From a virus (Duplodnaviria; Caudoviricetes): a stretch of 28,393 nt of DNA. A program made the position numbers and the translations under genes. Of the stretch, positions 6,375 through 16,169 are shown one piece after another (positions within the stretch are counted from its first letter, which is position 1; each line of letters starts with the position of its first letter). The stretch spans positions 1-28,393 of IMG/VR virus record IMGVR_UViG_3300032144_000034. One strand, written 5' to 3'. The notes beneath the pieces are model-generated. The model saw nothing but the letters and a program-made list of their open reading frames with translations, searched no databases and had not been told where the DNA came from.

Positions 6375-6487
6375 ACTGGACGCTAGGTGACCCGCAGACC
6401 ACGGAGATCCAAGCCACCTACAACGCGCTCCCGTGGCATCACCAGATCGCGTGGGACGTGTACAGCAGGGCATTCGAGCGTGCCTGA
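6371..6487 (+). CDS. Hypothetical peptide, 38 aa
   Basis: GGAGG at 6361, GTGA overlap. MNWTLGDPQTTEIQATYNALPWHHQIAWDVYSRAFERA. Confidence 0.4.
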   Translation: MNWTLGDPQTTEIQATYNALPWHHQIAWDVYSRAFERA

Positions 6488-6986
6488 TAGCGCATACGTA
6501 CCGGTAGACCCGGCCAAGACAGGCCGCCCACACCCGTACATGCCTGTACCTGCTGACCAGAAGGCAGAGATAGTCGAGGACGCCAAGGGCCGCATCATGG
6601 ACGGCCAGACCCTCAAAGAGATCGCCGAACACCATGGCGTAAGCAAGCAGGCCCTGTACACCTGGCTAGCAGGTCTGGGCGACGAATACCAAGAGCTAAG
6701 AGCGCGTTGGCTCGACAATATGCTGGTCAATGCAGCGAACAGGATAGAAGAGGCCGACAACGCTCTTGACCTCGCGCGTGGGCGCGAACTGTTCAGAGTA
6801 GCGACATGGCATGCCGAACGCCGCGACCCTCAGAGATACGGCCAGCTCGCCAATCTCCCCGTAGGACCAGGTATCAGCATCCACCTGAACATGATCCGAG
6901 AGGGCAAGACCATCGATGCTGCGGTGCTCACTGGACATAATAGCCAGACGGCACAGATCGAGGACGTGCAACCTACTGATAAGTAA
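6480..6986 (+). CDS. terS: Terminase small subunit
   Basis: GRP followed by HTH (DGQTLKEIAEHHGVSKQALYTWL), helical core and W.AERRDPQRYG motif typical of Sf6 gp1-like TerS. Start 6480 inferred (alternatives 6387, 6540). Confidence 0.75.
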   Translation: MPDSAYVPVDPAKTGRPHPYMPVPADQKAEIVEDAKGRIMDGQTLKEIAEHHGVSKQALYTWLAGLGDEYQELRARWLDNMLVNAANRIEEADNALDLARGRELFRVATWHAERRDPQRYGQLANLPVGPGISIHLNMIREGKTIDAAVLTGHNSQTAQIEDVQPTDK

Positions 6987-7162
6987 CGATTGGTGCAGTG
7001 TGCATACGCATAATCATCAGTATGTACAATCCCAACTCCTGGTGTGAGTGACCACTGGGGCGGGGGTAAGGAATCCCTTTTTCCTGGGCTGAGCGTCGAG
7101 GCGAAGGGGGTAGGGGTGGAACGTTCCATGGAGATGCTTAGGTATCCCACGCGTTTCCATAG

Positions 7163-7594
7163 TTGGATCGGTTACCCGACAGGTGGGTGCCGTACCACTC
7201 CTATCCGAAAAGAGGGATTCACCGTATCTCAGGTGGGTTCTGGGCTGACTGTGTCTCGGGTTTGATCGGGGACAGGACGGCTCGAATTGAATTAACCAGA
7301 GACCTTCCTGGTTATTCAATTGGCCCTCACACGGACTCGAAGGAGGATGTGGAAACCCTCCTGTTCTACCTCACGGACAAACCCAAGTCCTGTGGGACGA
7401 CGGTGTTCGTCCCGAAGAAACCGTTCCGGTGCGACGGAAGAAAGCACCACAAGTTTGAAGACTTTGAAGTCGTGAAGACCGCTCCCTTCCTACCGAACAG
7501 CTTTTACGGCCATGTGAGAAGCGATGTGAGCTTCCACGGGGTATTTAAGACTACAGAAGTCAGACACTGTCTGGCGATCACTTATAGGGATTGA
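7163..7594 (+). CDS. 2OG-Fe(II) oxygenase superfamily protein
   Basis: GYSIGPHTD (HxD)...TLLFYL...GT...PN...SFHGV (distal His)...RHCL (2OG-binding Arg). Confidence 0.85.
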   Translation: MDRLPDRWVPYHSYPKRGIHRISGGFWADCVSGLIGDRTARIELTRDLPGYSIGPHTDSKEDVETLLFYLTDKPKSCGTTVFVPKKPFRCDGRKHHKFEDFEVVKTAPFLPNSFYGHVRSDVSFHGVFKTTEVRHCLAITYRD

Positions 7595-8422
7595 ATGCCA
7601 TTCACGATTGAGTACGCAGCGGACGGGAGGCCAGTTCGTGTTGTGGATAGCGATCCCAAGACACCAGGAGCCAGCTTGTACGCGCCTATACGGATGAAGA
7701 GTCAGTTGTTTACTGCTGACGGTACGTTCTCGGTTCCATCCGATGTCTACATGGTTTGGATTCAGGCCAGCGCTGGAGGCGGTGGGGGAGGAGGAGGACA
7801 CGCCACCGGAGGTGGTGGTGGTGGTGGTGGGTCTGGTTCCGGCATGAACATGTACCCATGTGCGGTTACACCGAATTCCGCGCTGACGATTGCCATTGGA
7901 TCAGCTGGGACCGTGGGATCTGTCGGCGGTGCCGGCGGGAACGGGGGCGAGACAACGATATCGGGGACAGTTACGCCAATCCCCAGAATGCGTGGCGGCG
8001 ATGGTGGGGCGGTCGGAGGAGCCACGAACGGTGGCGCTGGCGGGAATGGGGGGAGCAACAACCTGGCAGGCGGATCTGCCGGCGCCCCAACCGGCGGCGC
8101 TGGGGCGTGGTCTTCTGCTACTGCTGTGGGACCGGCCCCTGGGTTCCTGCCGGGCGCTGGTGGAGGTGGTGGTGGTGGAACTACTGGGACGGGCGGGCTT
8201 GGAGGCTCAGCAATTGACCGTAAGGGCTCAGCCGGGGCTGGAAACGCTTCTGGTGGTGGTGGTGCGGGGTCCTTATTCGGGAACGGTGGCGTAGGCGGCG
8301 TCTCTGGATCGACGGGCGTAGCGCCCACAATCGGTTACGGCGGAGGAGGAGGTGGTGGTGGTGCGAATGCTACCGGAGGGGCTGGTGCTGCCGGCTTCGT
8401 AGTCATCTTCTATGCTCAGTAA
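7595..8422 (+). CDS. Glycine-rich putative virion fibre/decoration protein
   Basis: FTADGTFSVP...V....AGGGGGGG...GYGGGGGGG...GGAGAAGFVVIFY, the glycine-rich domain pattern of phage fibre proteins. Confidence 0.75.
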   Translation: MPFTIEYAADGRPVRVVDSDPKTPGASLYAPIRMKSQLFTADGTFSVPSDVYMVWIQASAGGGGGGGGHATGGGGGGGGSGSGMNMYPCAVTPNSALTIAIGSAGTVGSVGGAGGNGGETTISGTVTPIPRMRGGDGGAVGGATNGGAGGNGGSNNLAGGSAGAPTGGAGAWSSATAVGPAPGFLPGAGGGGGGGTTGTGGLGGSAIDRKGSAGAGNASGGGGAGSLFGNGGVGGVSGSTGVAPTIGYGGGGGGGGANATGGAGAAGFVVIFYAQ

Positions 8423-9479
8423 TGAGGGCGGCGTTTTTTGCCGTCACGGAAGGGCTTTCCGGCACGTAGGAGTTAACGGCTACGACCTGTTCTATCGGTA
8501 TCTCAATGGGTATGGAGATTCCCCCAGGGTTTACCGAACAGCGTTTTCTTACCTTAAGGGGTATGGAATCAAAGTGTGCCGGTCCATCATCAACGGGCCG
8601 TGGCCGAATGAGTACGACACTTATTACAACTCCCCGAGCACGTACCACTCCAGATTGCTGGAGCTTCTAGATGAAGCAGCAGAGAACGATATTTCCATTG
8701 TTCTATCTTTTTCGCCGCGGTGGGCGAGCATTTCCGACAGGAATGCGGAGAACATCGTGGACTGGACGGACTCTGGAAGTGCCACAAGGACGGCTTTCGC
8801 TGACTATGTAAGCGACATCGTTTCCACTTACAAGAACCACGAGGCTTGTGGCGCTTGGGAGCTGGGTAACGAATGGAACTCTTACATAGACGGCGCAACC
8901 ATTGACCTTCCTGCTGTCAGCGTTCCAAACGACACGTTGGGGTCGTATTCGGCGCCGGATGATTCCCTCAACGAAGCGCGGTATTTGATCGTCGCTCAGG
9001 CGTTTGTTGACGCCTGCTCTGGAGACACATCGAACCGGCTGCGGATCTCGGGGAATACGGTCGGCAGGGTTCCTGCGGCGGCCGGTTGGCCTGGGTACAT
9101 GCCCAAAGCATTAAGGGAGCACGTCGCTTTCAACGCGATCTGCGTGCATACCTATCCGGATGCGAATTCATCCCCGGGGAATCATTGGGGACAAGACGCG
9201 CAAGGTTTCGGTGGGGCGATGACGGCGTGGAACAACATGGCGAAGGAACACGGGAAGATTCTCGTTGTTGGGGAATTCGGTGTTTCGAATAGTTATTCCA
9301 GTGGCGGAAGCGACCAAAAACAGGTGTTCAGACGCATGATCAACGGTATGGCGTCCGTGCCGCTTTCATTGATATGGAACGTGTGTAATCCAGCAGCTAC
9401 GACAGTCGGGACGACGTTCGCCATTTGGCCCGGATACAACGACTGGATGCTTGAAATGGCTCGCTCGGCTAACTTTTAG
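8412..9479 (+). CDS. Glycoside hydrolase, clan GH-A (GH5 cellulase/mannanase-like)
   Basis: GVNGYDLF, GIKVCR, AWELGNE (acid/base Glu), VHTY, VVGEFG (nucleophile Glu), IWN. Confidence 0.85.
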   Translation: MLSNEGGVFCRHGRAFRHVGVNGYDLFYRYLNGYGDSPRVYRTAFSYLKGYGIKVCRSIINGPWPNEYDTYYNSPSTYHSRLLELLDEAAENDISIVLSFSPRWASISDRNAENIVDWTDSGSATRTAFADYVSDIVSTYKNHEACGAWELGNEWNSYIDGATIDLPAVSVPNDTLGSYSAPDDSLNEARYLIVAQAFVDACSGDTSNRLRISGNTVGRVPAAAGWPGYMPKALREHVAFNAICVHTYPDANSSPGNHWGQDAQGFGGAMTAWNNMAKEHGKILVVGEFGVSNSYSSGGSDQKQVFRRMINGMASVPLSLIWNVCNPAATTVGTTFAIWPGYNDWMLEMARSANF

Positions 9480-10886
9480 TTGGAAGAGATCAGTTACACC
9501 CCTGCGGGGCCGGTAGTCTGGGATTTCCACGATTCAAAAGCGTTCGTTTCGGCCTTGATGGGGCCGGTCGGCTCTTCTAAAAGTACCGCTTGCATCATGC
9601 AAATGTGCAAGAAGGCGATGGAGCAGAAGCCCCACAACGGGAAAAGACAAACCCGTTGGCTCGTGATGCGAAACACCTATCCCGAGCTTAAAAGCACCAC
9701 GATCAAGACCTTCCTTGAGTGGATGCCGTTCGTACAGATGAAGTACGACGCCCCCATTACTGGAAACTGCTCTGTCCCTCTTCCGGATGGGACTGTGGCG
9801 GAAATGGAGTTCATCTTCCTTGCTTTGGAGAGGCCGGACGACGTTGGTCGTCTCAAATCTTTCGAAGCCACTGGGGCGTGGATGAACGAAGCCGGGGAAA
9901 TGGCGAAAGCCATCCTCGACATGGCTGCGCAACGGGTCGGACGGTTCCCAGCGAAGAAACGGGGAGGGCCTACGTGGTCCGGTGTCCTCTTAGATACAAA
10001 CCCTCCAGACGACGATTCGTGGTGGTTCCGGATCTTCGAGGAAGAGAAACCCAAGGGCTACCAGATCTGGAAACAGCCTGGGGGTTTGATTGAACGAGAC
10101 GGGAAGTGGGAACCCAATCCCGACGCAGAGAACATTGAGAATCTACCCGGCGGTCACGAGTACTACTTACGGCAGGTTGCAGGGAAAACCAGAGAGTGGA
10201 TTCGAGTCTTTCTGGGTGGACAGTACGGGACAGTATCGACTGGGAAGCCTGTATTCCCCGAATACAACGATGAAGTCCACTGCAAAGAATTCGATACTTT
10301 GCCTGGACCGATACTCCTGGGATTTGATTACGGGCTCACGCCCGCATGTGTCGTCACCCAGGTATCTCCCCGCGGGCAACTACTCATCGTTGACGAGCTG
10401 TGTTCCGAGGACATGGGCATCAGACAGTTTGCCCGAGACGTAGTCAAACCCTACCTCTCGACGATGTATCCGCGGAATTCAGTTCAAGCCGTCGGAGACC
10501 CGGCAGGGATGAACCGTTCTCAGACTGAAGAGAGAACGTGCTTCATGGAACTCGCTGACGAAGGTATCCCGGCGATGCCGGCGATCACGAACGATTTCGT
10601 AGCCCGTAGAGAAGCGGTAGCGAAGTTTTTGACTCGGATGACCGATGGCAAACCGGCTTTAATGGTCCATCCCAGAGCCAAGATGATCCGTCGTGGTTTT
10701 AACGGCGCCTATAACTATGAACGGGTTCTGGTGACTGGTACTGAGAGATACAAGGACCGCCCGAACAAGAACAAATACAGTCATCCGATGGACGCCGTTC
10801 AGTACGCCGCTCTACATGCGAACTCGGTGAACCTGAACGACTGGAGTAAGCAAAAGATCGTGTACGGACCGAGTGGCATCGTATGA
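9480..10886 (+). CDS. terL: Terminase large subunit
   Basis: Walker A GPVGSSKST, RNTYPELKSTT, Walker B GAWMNE, coupling motif DTNPP, nuclease GFDYGLTPA, GDPAG, SHPMDAVQY. Confidence 0.93.
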   Translation: MEEISYTPAGPVVWDFHDSKAFVSALMGPVGSSKSTACIMQMCKKAMEQKPHNGKRQTRWLVMRNTYPELKSTTIKTFLEWMPFVQMKYDAPITGNCSVPLPDGTVAEMEFIFLALERPDDVGRLKSFEATGAWMNEAGEMAKAILDMAAQRVGRFPAKKRGGPTWSGVLLDTNPPDDDSWWFRIFEEEKPKGYQIWKQPGGLIERDGKWEPNPDAENIENLPGGHEYYLRQVAGKTREWIRVFLGGQYGTVSTGKPVFPEYNDEVHCKEFDTLPGPILLGFDYGLTPACVVTQVSPRGQLLIVDELCSEDMGIRQFARDVVKPYLSTMYPRNSVQAVGDPAGMNRSQTEERTCFMELADEGIPAMPAITNDFVARREAVAKFLTRMTDGKPALMVHPRAKMIRRGFNGAYNYERVLVTGTERYKDRPNKNKYSHPMDAVQYAALHANSVNLNDWSKQKIVYGPSGIV

Positions 10887-11077
10887 GCATTGAAATGAAC
10901 AACCGGATCAAGGGACTCCGGATCGATGTGGATGAACTGAAGAAATCGCTCCAAGAGGTGATTCGAATCCTTCAGTCATCCGAAACCGCTGCTTCACTGA
11001 CTCCCAGAGTGGAGAAACTGGAAAACCAATACCGCATGCTCAACGCTAGGGAGTCTCGTGGCAAGAATGACGGATGA
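10883..11077 (+). CDS. Small coiled-coil protein
   Basis: ATGA overlap; heptad pattern. Confidence 0.6.
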   Translation: MSIEMNNRIKGLRIDVDELKKSLQEVIRILQSSETAASLTPRVEKLENQYRMLNARESRGKNDG

Positions 11078-13310
11078 CGAGTTAGTAACTCTCGTCGACA
11101 AAGAGCTACACCAATCCGTCGGCTATTTCTCCGGAGAACTCTCGGAACAAAGACGTAAATCGATCCAGTACTACTACGGTCAGCCGTTCGGTAACGAAAT
11201 CGAAGGGAGATCCACATACGTCTCCCACGACGTTGCAAACACTGTAGAAGGCATCATGCCGTCCCTGATGCGGATCTTCACCGCGTCAGATGAGATCGTC
11301 CGATTTGAACCCCAGGGACCTGAAGACGAACAGGCCGCCCAGCAAGCAACCGACTACGTCAACTATGTGTTGATGCGGCAGAACAACGGGTTTTCCCTGC
11401 TGTATTGCCTGTTCAAAGACGCCCTGATGGTCAAGAACTGTTTCTCCAAGTCCTATTGGGAGGACTACGAGGACAGGAAAGTCGAGACCTACGCCGGACT
11501 TTCACCGGATGAATTGATCATGCTGGTGACGAACTACCAGAATATGGGGTTCGAAGTCGAGGTGAAGGAGTACGACCAGGAAACCGGAACGGTCAAGTTC
11601 GAGATCCTGAAGACCGGTGGAAAGATCTGTGTCGACGCCTGCCCTCCAGAGGAGATCTTCGTCAATCGAGGCGCCTCACACGACCTCCAGAAGGCCCGTT
11701 TTGTAGCTCATCGTTGCAAGAAGTCCCTCTCCGACCTGAAACAAATGGGTTATCCGGTCGACGACATCAAAGGAAACGATGATGACGGGGACTTTGACCT
11801 AGAAGCAATTGAAAGACGGAACTTCGACGAAGACGGCCTCTACATGCGGGATGAGAGGGACGATGCCACCCGTGAAGTCTGGATCGTCGAGGCTTACATC
11901 CGGGTTGATTTCGATGGAGACGGCATTTCCGAACTCCGCAAGGTCACGAAAGTAGGAAAGACGCTCCTCGACAACGAGGAGATCGACCGGATTCCTCTGG
12001 CAACGGGAACCCCGATCATCATGCCTCATAAGTTGTACGGCATGAGTCTTTCGGACCTCGTGATGGACCTGCAACTGTTGAAAAGCACGGTTGCACGGCA
12101 GGTCCTGGACAACATGTACCTGACCAACAACAGCCGAATGATGGCGTTGGATGGGATGGTGAACATCGACGACCTGTTGACGGTGCGTCCGGGCGGGGTT
12201 GTCAGAGTCAAGACCTTCGATGCGGTTAAACCGCTCCAGGCCCCTCCGTTGGGAGCCCCGGCGTTCCAATTGTTGGAGTACGTGGACGCCGCTCTTGAGA
12301 ACAGAACGGGTGTAACCCGCTACAACCAGGGATTGGATGCTGACAGCCTGAACAAAACGGCGACTGGCATCCAGAACATCATGTCGGCGTCTCAACAGAG
12401 GATCGAGCTGATCGCCCGGATTCTTGCCGACACGGTTGTGAAGGACATCGCCTGGGGAATCCTTCACCTCGCGAGTAAGCATCACACCAAGCCTCAAGTG
12501 ATGCGCCTGAACAACAACTGGATCGCTGTCGACCCCAGAGAGTGGTCGAACAAGTTCGACATGACCGTTACGGTGGGTCTGGGAACGGGGAATCAAGATC
12601 AATTGATGGCCTCCGCTCAAGCCCTGATGAACATCCAGAAAGAGATTGCGATGGCCGGGATGGGCGGACGGGTTGTGACAGAGCAGAACGTCTACGAGGC
12701 GGCGATTGACTTTGCTCGCGTTGTTAATCCTAAGAAGGCGGATCGGTACTTCACTGACCCGTCAAAACTTCCGCCACCTCAACCTCAGGTGGATCCTGAA
12801 GTCGAGATCAAGAGGTTCAAGGCGGAGACCTCGGCTCAACAGAAAGCTGAAGCTCAGGAACTCGCCCGAGAAAAGCAGACCGCTGACACTATTATCCAGG
12901 CCAAGACGCTCGAACAGTCGGCCAAGGATCAAGAGTTGCGCGCTACCGAAACTCTCTTGAAGGTGAAGGACGAGCGGCAAAAACAAGAGCACGACCAGGC
13001 CATGGCGCAGTTCAAGGCCATCCAGGAGATGCAGAAGGCCGAGGACGAGCAGAAGAAGCGCTACTTCGAGCTAGAGCAGAAGGTCCTGGATCTAGTGAAG
13101 CAGAACAACGAACTCGCCGCTCAAAAGCAGGACATGGAGCACAAACAGCGAGAGCACGAAATGAGCATGCGCGAGTCCGCCCAGAAACAGGAAAACGAGA
13201 AGAAAGAGCAGAAGGAGGACGGCATGTCCAAGCTCATCGCTGAACTCGTGGCGGAACTGAAGCGACCCAAGACATTCAGTAAATCAGGCGGAAAGGTGAC
13301 GATCCAGTGA
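11058..13310 (+). CDS. Portal protein (podovirus, P22/SU10-like) with long C-terminal coiled coil
   Basis: YYYGQPFGNEIEGRS.YVS.DV..TVE.IMPSLMRIFT, PPEEIF, DFDGDGISELRK, RTGVTRYNQGLD..LNKTATG. Follows terL. Confidence 0.93.
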   Translation: MARMTDDELVTLVDKELHQSVGYFSGELSEQRRKSIQYYYGQPFGNEIEGRSTYVSHDVANTVEGIMPSLMRIFTASDEIVRFEPQGPEDEQAAQQATDYVNYVLMRQNNGFSLLYCLFKDALMVKNCFSKSYWEDYEDRKVETYAGLSPDELIMLVTNYQNMGFEVEVKEYDQETGTVKFEILKTGGKICVDACPPEEIFVNRGASHDLQKARFVAHRCKKSLSDLKQMGYPVDDIKGNDDDGDFDLEAIERRNFDEDGLYMRDERDDATREVWIVEAYIRVDFDGDGISELRKVTKVGKTLLDNEEIDRIPLATGTPIIMPHKLYGMSLSDLVMDLQLLKSTVARQVLDNMYLTNNSRMMALDGMVNIDDLLTVRPGGVVRVKTFDAVKPLQAPPLGAPAFQLLEYVDAALENRTGVTRYNQGLDADSLNKTATGIQNIMSASQQRIELIARILADTVVKDIAWGILHLASKHHTKPQVMRLNNNWIAVDPREWSNKFDMTVTVGLGTGNQDQLMASAQALMNIQKEIAMAGMGGRVVTEQNVYEAAIDFARVVNPKKADRYFTDPSKLPPPQPQVDPEVEIKRFKAETSAQQKAEAQELAREKQTADTIIQAKTLEQSAKDQELRATETLLKVKDERQKQEHDQAMAQFKAIQEMQKAEDEQKKRYFELEQKVLDLVKQNNELAAQKQDMEHKQREHEMSMRESAQKQENEKKEQKEDGMSKLIAELVAELKRPKTFSKSGGKVTIQ

Positions 13311-13738
13311 GTCTAGGAAACACATTCGAGAACGATCTCGCGAAGCTTATTTTCAACGGGACGAATATCGCCAATATCGCGGACAACGCCGCCTCGGGTC
13401 CGCTCTCTGATCTGTATCTGTCCCTGCATACCTCAGACCCTGGCGAGGGCGGGAACCAGACCTCGAACGAAATCAGTTACACCGGCTATTCAAGGGTGGC
13501 GGTAGCTCGTTCGAGCGGTGGATGGACAGTTACCGGGAACTCGGTCTCCCCGACGGCAAACGTTGACTTCACGATCTCTTCCGGCGGTAGTGGCGGAACG
13601 GTGACCCACGCTGTTGTCGGAACTGCTTCGTCCTCGACAGGGAAGATCCTGGCCATCGGAACTGTCACCCCGAACATTGTCGTGAGCAATGGGGTCACCC
13701 CTCGTATCACGACCTCCTCGACGATCACCTTCGACTGA
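13307..13738 (+). CDS. Putative virion fibre-associated protein
   Basis: LYLSLHTSDPGEGG.QTSNEISYTGYSRVAV pattern; Ser/Thr/Gly-rich. Confidence 0.7.
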   Translation: MSLGNTFENDLAKLIFNGTNIANIADNAASGPLSDLYLSLHTSDPGEGGNQTSNEISYTGYSRVAVARSSGGWTVTGNSVSPTANVDFTISSGGSGGTVTHAVVGTASSSTGKILAIGTVTPNIVVSNGVTPRITTSSTITFD

Positions 13739-14226
13739 TGCTCACGCCACAGCAGCTTGCAACCCTGAAATCTGCCATTCAGGGCGATCAGGAATTGAAC
13801 GCCTTCCCGATGAACTCGGACGGGGCCTTCGACATCGCCCGGAAACTGAACGAAAAAGCTGCACCGGACTACTACGTCTGGCGGACATCGGTTCAGGTGG
13901 ACGAAATCATGCAGAACGGTTTCGACTGGACTCGGGTGGACAACCTCACAGTAGGCAAAGCCCGTATCTGGGATTGGATGATGCGCACCGGGATTCTCAA
14001 TCCTTCTCGTGCAAATGTCCGAGCCGGGGTCGTGGCGACCTTCAACGTCGCCGCAGATCAGGCTACTCGGCAAGCCGTGTTCAATCACTGCCAGCGTGTT
14101 GCAACCAGGGTAGAGAAGCTCTTCGCTACTGGCTCTGGAACGGCAAGCAACGATCAAGGGACCGGTCCCGCGACCATGGGGTTTGAAGGCCCGATCTTCT
14201 ATCAAGACGTAGAGATGGCCCGTTAA
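13738..14226 (+). CDS. Hypothetical protein in structural block
   Basis: TGATG coupling. MLTPQQLATLKSAI...ATRVEKLFATGSGT. Confidence 0.7.
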   Translation: MLTPQQLATLKSAIQGDQELNAFPMNSDGAFDIARKLNEKAAPDYYVWRTSVQVDEIMQNGFDWTRVDNLTVGKARIWDWMMRTGILNPSRANVRAGVVATFNVAADQATRQAVFNHCQRVATRVEKLFATGSGTASNDQGTGPATMGFEGPIFYQDVEMAR

Positions 14227-14720
14227 TGGCCCTGACCTATGTTGGGCCAACAACAATCACGATGGATCTGTCGGCACTGGCTGCGTCCTCGACATTCATT
14301 GCCGGGCGTGAATCCAGCCAAATCGACAACTCGTCGAATCTCTATCAGGACGCCATAGTCTTCGGGCGATTCATTGTTGGAACGACACCCACACTCCCGT
14401 GTACGTTCAACGTGTATCTCTGGGGCGCGGATGTCTCCCTTGGAACGACGGCTATCAACGTATTGGATGGGACGGACAGCGCTGAGAGTCTGACGAACAC
14501 CACGGTTCTCAACTCGTCCCTGATCCTGGCACGGTCTCCTAGTATTCTGGTGAACACGTCTGACCTGACCTACGACATTTCCCCGTTCAGCGTTGCGCAG
14601 TTCTTCGGAGGGAACATGCCGAAGTTCTGGGGGTTGTACTGCGCGCACAACATGACGGCAGCTCTCAAGACGGATTCGGGAAACACTAACTCCTTCCGTT
14701 TCCTCGGAATCACGTACTAA
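14226..14720 (+). CDS. Putative beta-sandwich virion protein
   Basis: TAATG coupling; beta-rich, LSALAASST...GRES..IDN...MPKFWGL. Confidence 0.7.
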   Translation: MALTYVGPTTITMDLSALAASSTFIAGRESSQIDNSSNLYQDAIVFGRFIVGTTPTLPCTFNVYLWGADVSLGTTAINVLDGTDSAESLTNTTVLNSSLILARSPSILVNTSDLTYDISPFSVAQFFGGNMPKFWGLYCAHNMTAALKTDSGNTNSFRFLGITY

Positions 14721-14729
14721 GGCGCGGCA

Positions 14730-16169
14730 ATGCTCCTGTTGCCGGTGTCACGTACACGGCAGCCGCAGGACCATGTTGGCCTTGATGTAGGGAATCCCCT
14801 TACTAGAGGGATTTTCTTCGTATCCAATGGGGCAACCTCCGGATACGACCCGGTCAACAAGGTCTTCCCGACGACCTCGGGGTCGAGTGTTACGCTGCAC
14901 GGTGTTGGCGCTTCAGGGAAAGCCCAGGTATTCAGTAGCTCGGGCTACAGAAACTACGCCAATGCCGACAGCCTGATATTCGCCAACGGCTACTCGGTCC
15001 TGAGTGTTGCGCGCTCAACGAGTCTGTCGTCGCAGTCTGGTCTCGTAGCGAAGTGGGACGCGGCGGTAGGAAACACCGTCCCGATGACGTTCTTCGTCAG
15101 GTCGGACGGGGCTTTGGCGTTGTGGCGCAACGTCGGCGGGACAAACAACGGGACCCGGGGCACCACTGCTGGTGACATCGTCACCGGTCGAGACTTCGTT
15201 GCTTCTGTCGATGCTGGAAGTACGGCACTCAATCAGCCGAACTTCTACATCGACGGCAGTTACCGCTCCGATAGCTGGAAGTTCGGTCCGAACGGTAGTG
15301 ATGTGGCCCTACAGGACGGGGCTAATAGTATCTTCGGCGTAGGCGCCAGCAACGGCGGGTCTACCACATGGCAGGGCAACATCTACCTGACCGTGTGCTG
15401 GAACCGCAGGTTGACGGCGGAAGAGCACATCGCTCTCCACGACAACCCGTGGCAGATATTCGCGCCTACCCGCAGGCGAATCTCGCAAGGGTCAGCGGTC
15501 TCTGGTGGCGCTCTTAGTGTCGCCAACGAAGTAACGGCGACGTTTGCCGGCGAATCGAGACACGACGGTGCTCTAAGTGTTACCAACGCCGTTGCCTTTT
15601 CAGCCGTTGGCGAGTCGATTGCAGAAGCCGCGCTATCGAGCGCCAGTGAAGTCACTGTCTCGTTCGATGGTGACGATGCAACGCAGCCCACTGACGACGG
15701 GGCACTGGATTCGACCAGTACGGTCGATTTCCTGGCGGAAGGCGCCTCAATTGCCGAGGCGAGCTTTGATTCCTCTTGCCATGTAGACGTTCAGTTTGGC
15801 TCTGATGCGCCGGTTATTGAAACGGCTTCCGGCCCTGCTCCTGCCGGTTCCCGTAAGCGCCGCTACTACCTCCCCAACGGGGAGAGCGTCTACGCCACTC
15901 GACGAGAAGTCATCCGACTCCTCGATGAGATGGCCGAGGACCAGGAAGTCGTCGAGAAGGCCGTCGAGGTCCTCAAGACCAAATCGACGAGGGCTGCGAA
16001 GGTCGTCCTTACGAAGGTCGTCAAGTACGACATCGAGGACCTCCCGAAAGCCGTCATCAAGCAGGTGTTTGAGGAAGTTACAGAAGACATGGAGCTAGAA
16101 GCCCATGCCCACTGGTACATCAACTGGGAGCGCGATCTGATCCTGAGAGCGCTGGAGAGGATGTTGTGA
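14730..16169 (+). CDS. LamG/concanavalin A-like lectin domain fibre protein with 20-aa repeats
   Basis: FYIDG...FGVGA...WQGNIY....WNRRLTAEE..ALHDNPWQIF LamG signature, repeat stalk, charged helical C-terminus. Confidence 0.75.
   Translation: MLLLPVSRTRQPQDHVGLDVGNPLTRGIFFVSNGATSGYDPVNKVFPTTSGSSVTLHGVGASGKAQVFSSSGYRNYANADSLIFANGYSVLSVARSTSLSSQSGLVAKWDAAVGNTVPMTFFVRSDGALALWRNVGGTNNGTRGTTAGDIVTGRDFVASVDAGSTALNQPNFYIDGSYRSDSWKFGPNGSDVALQDGANSIFGVGASNGGSTTWQGNIYLTVCWNRRLTAEEHIALHDNPWQIFAPTRRRISQGSAVSGGALSVANEVTATFAGESRHDGALSVTNAVAFSAVGESIAEAALSSASEVTVSFDGDDATQPTDDGALDSTSTVDFLAEGASIAEASFDSSCHVDVQFGSDAPVIETASGPAPAGSRKRRYYLPNGESVYATRREVIRLLDEMAEDQEVVEKAVEVLKTKSTRAAKVVLTKVVKYDIEDLPKAVIKQVFEEVTEDMELEAHAHWYINWERDLILRALERML

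Noticed and set aside
6387-6479. Arg-rich N-terminal extension of TerS
   Set aside because: An alternative frame with GGAGG SD and coupled overlaps (6371-6487) explains the region better; the TerS start remains uncertain.
2937-6480. Lysis cassette expected after Q
   Set aside because: No endolysin, holin or spanin motifs recognised; likely outside the window.
7762-8328. Proline-rich minus-strand ORF and R/W-rich alternative frames
   Set aside because: Shadows of the GGN codons of the glycine-rich gene.
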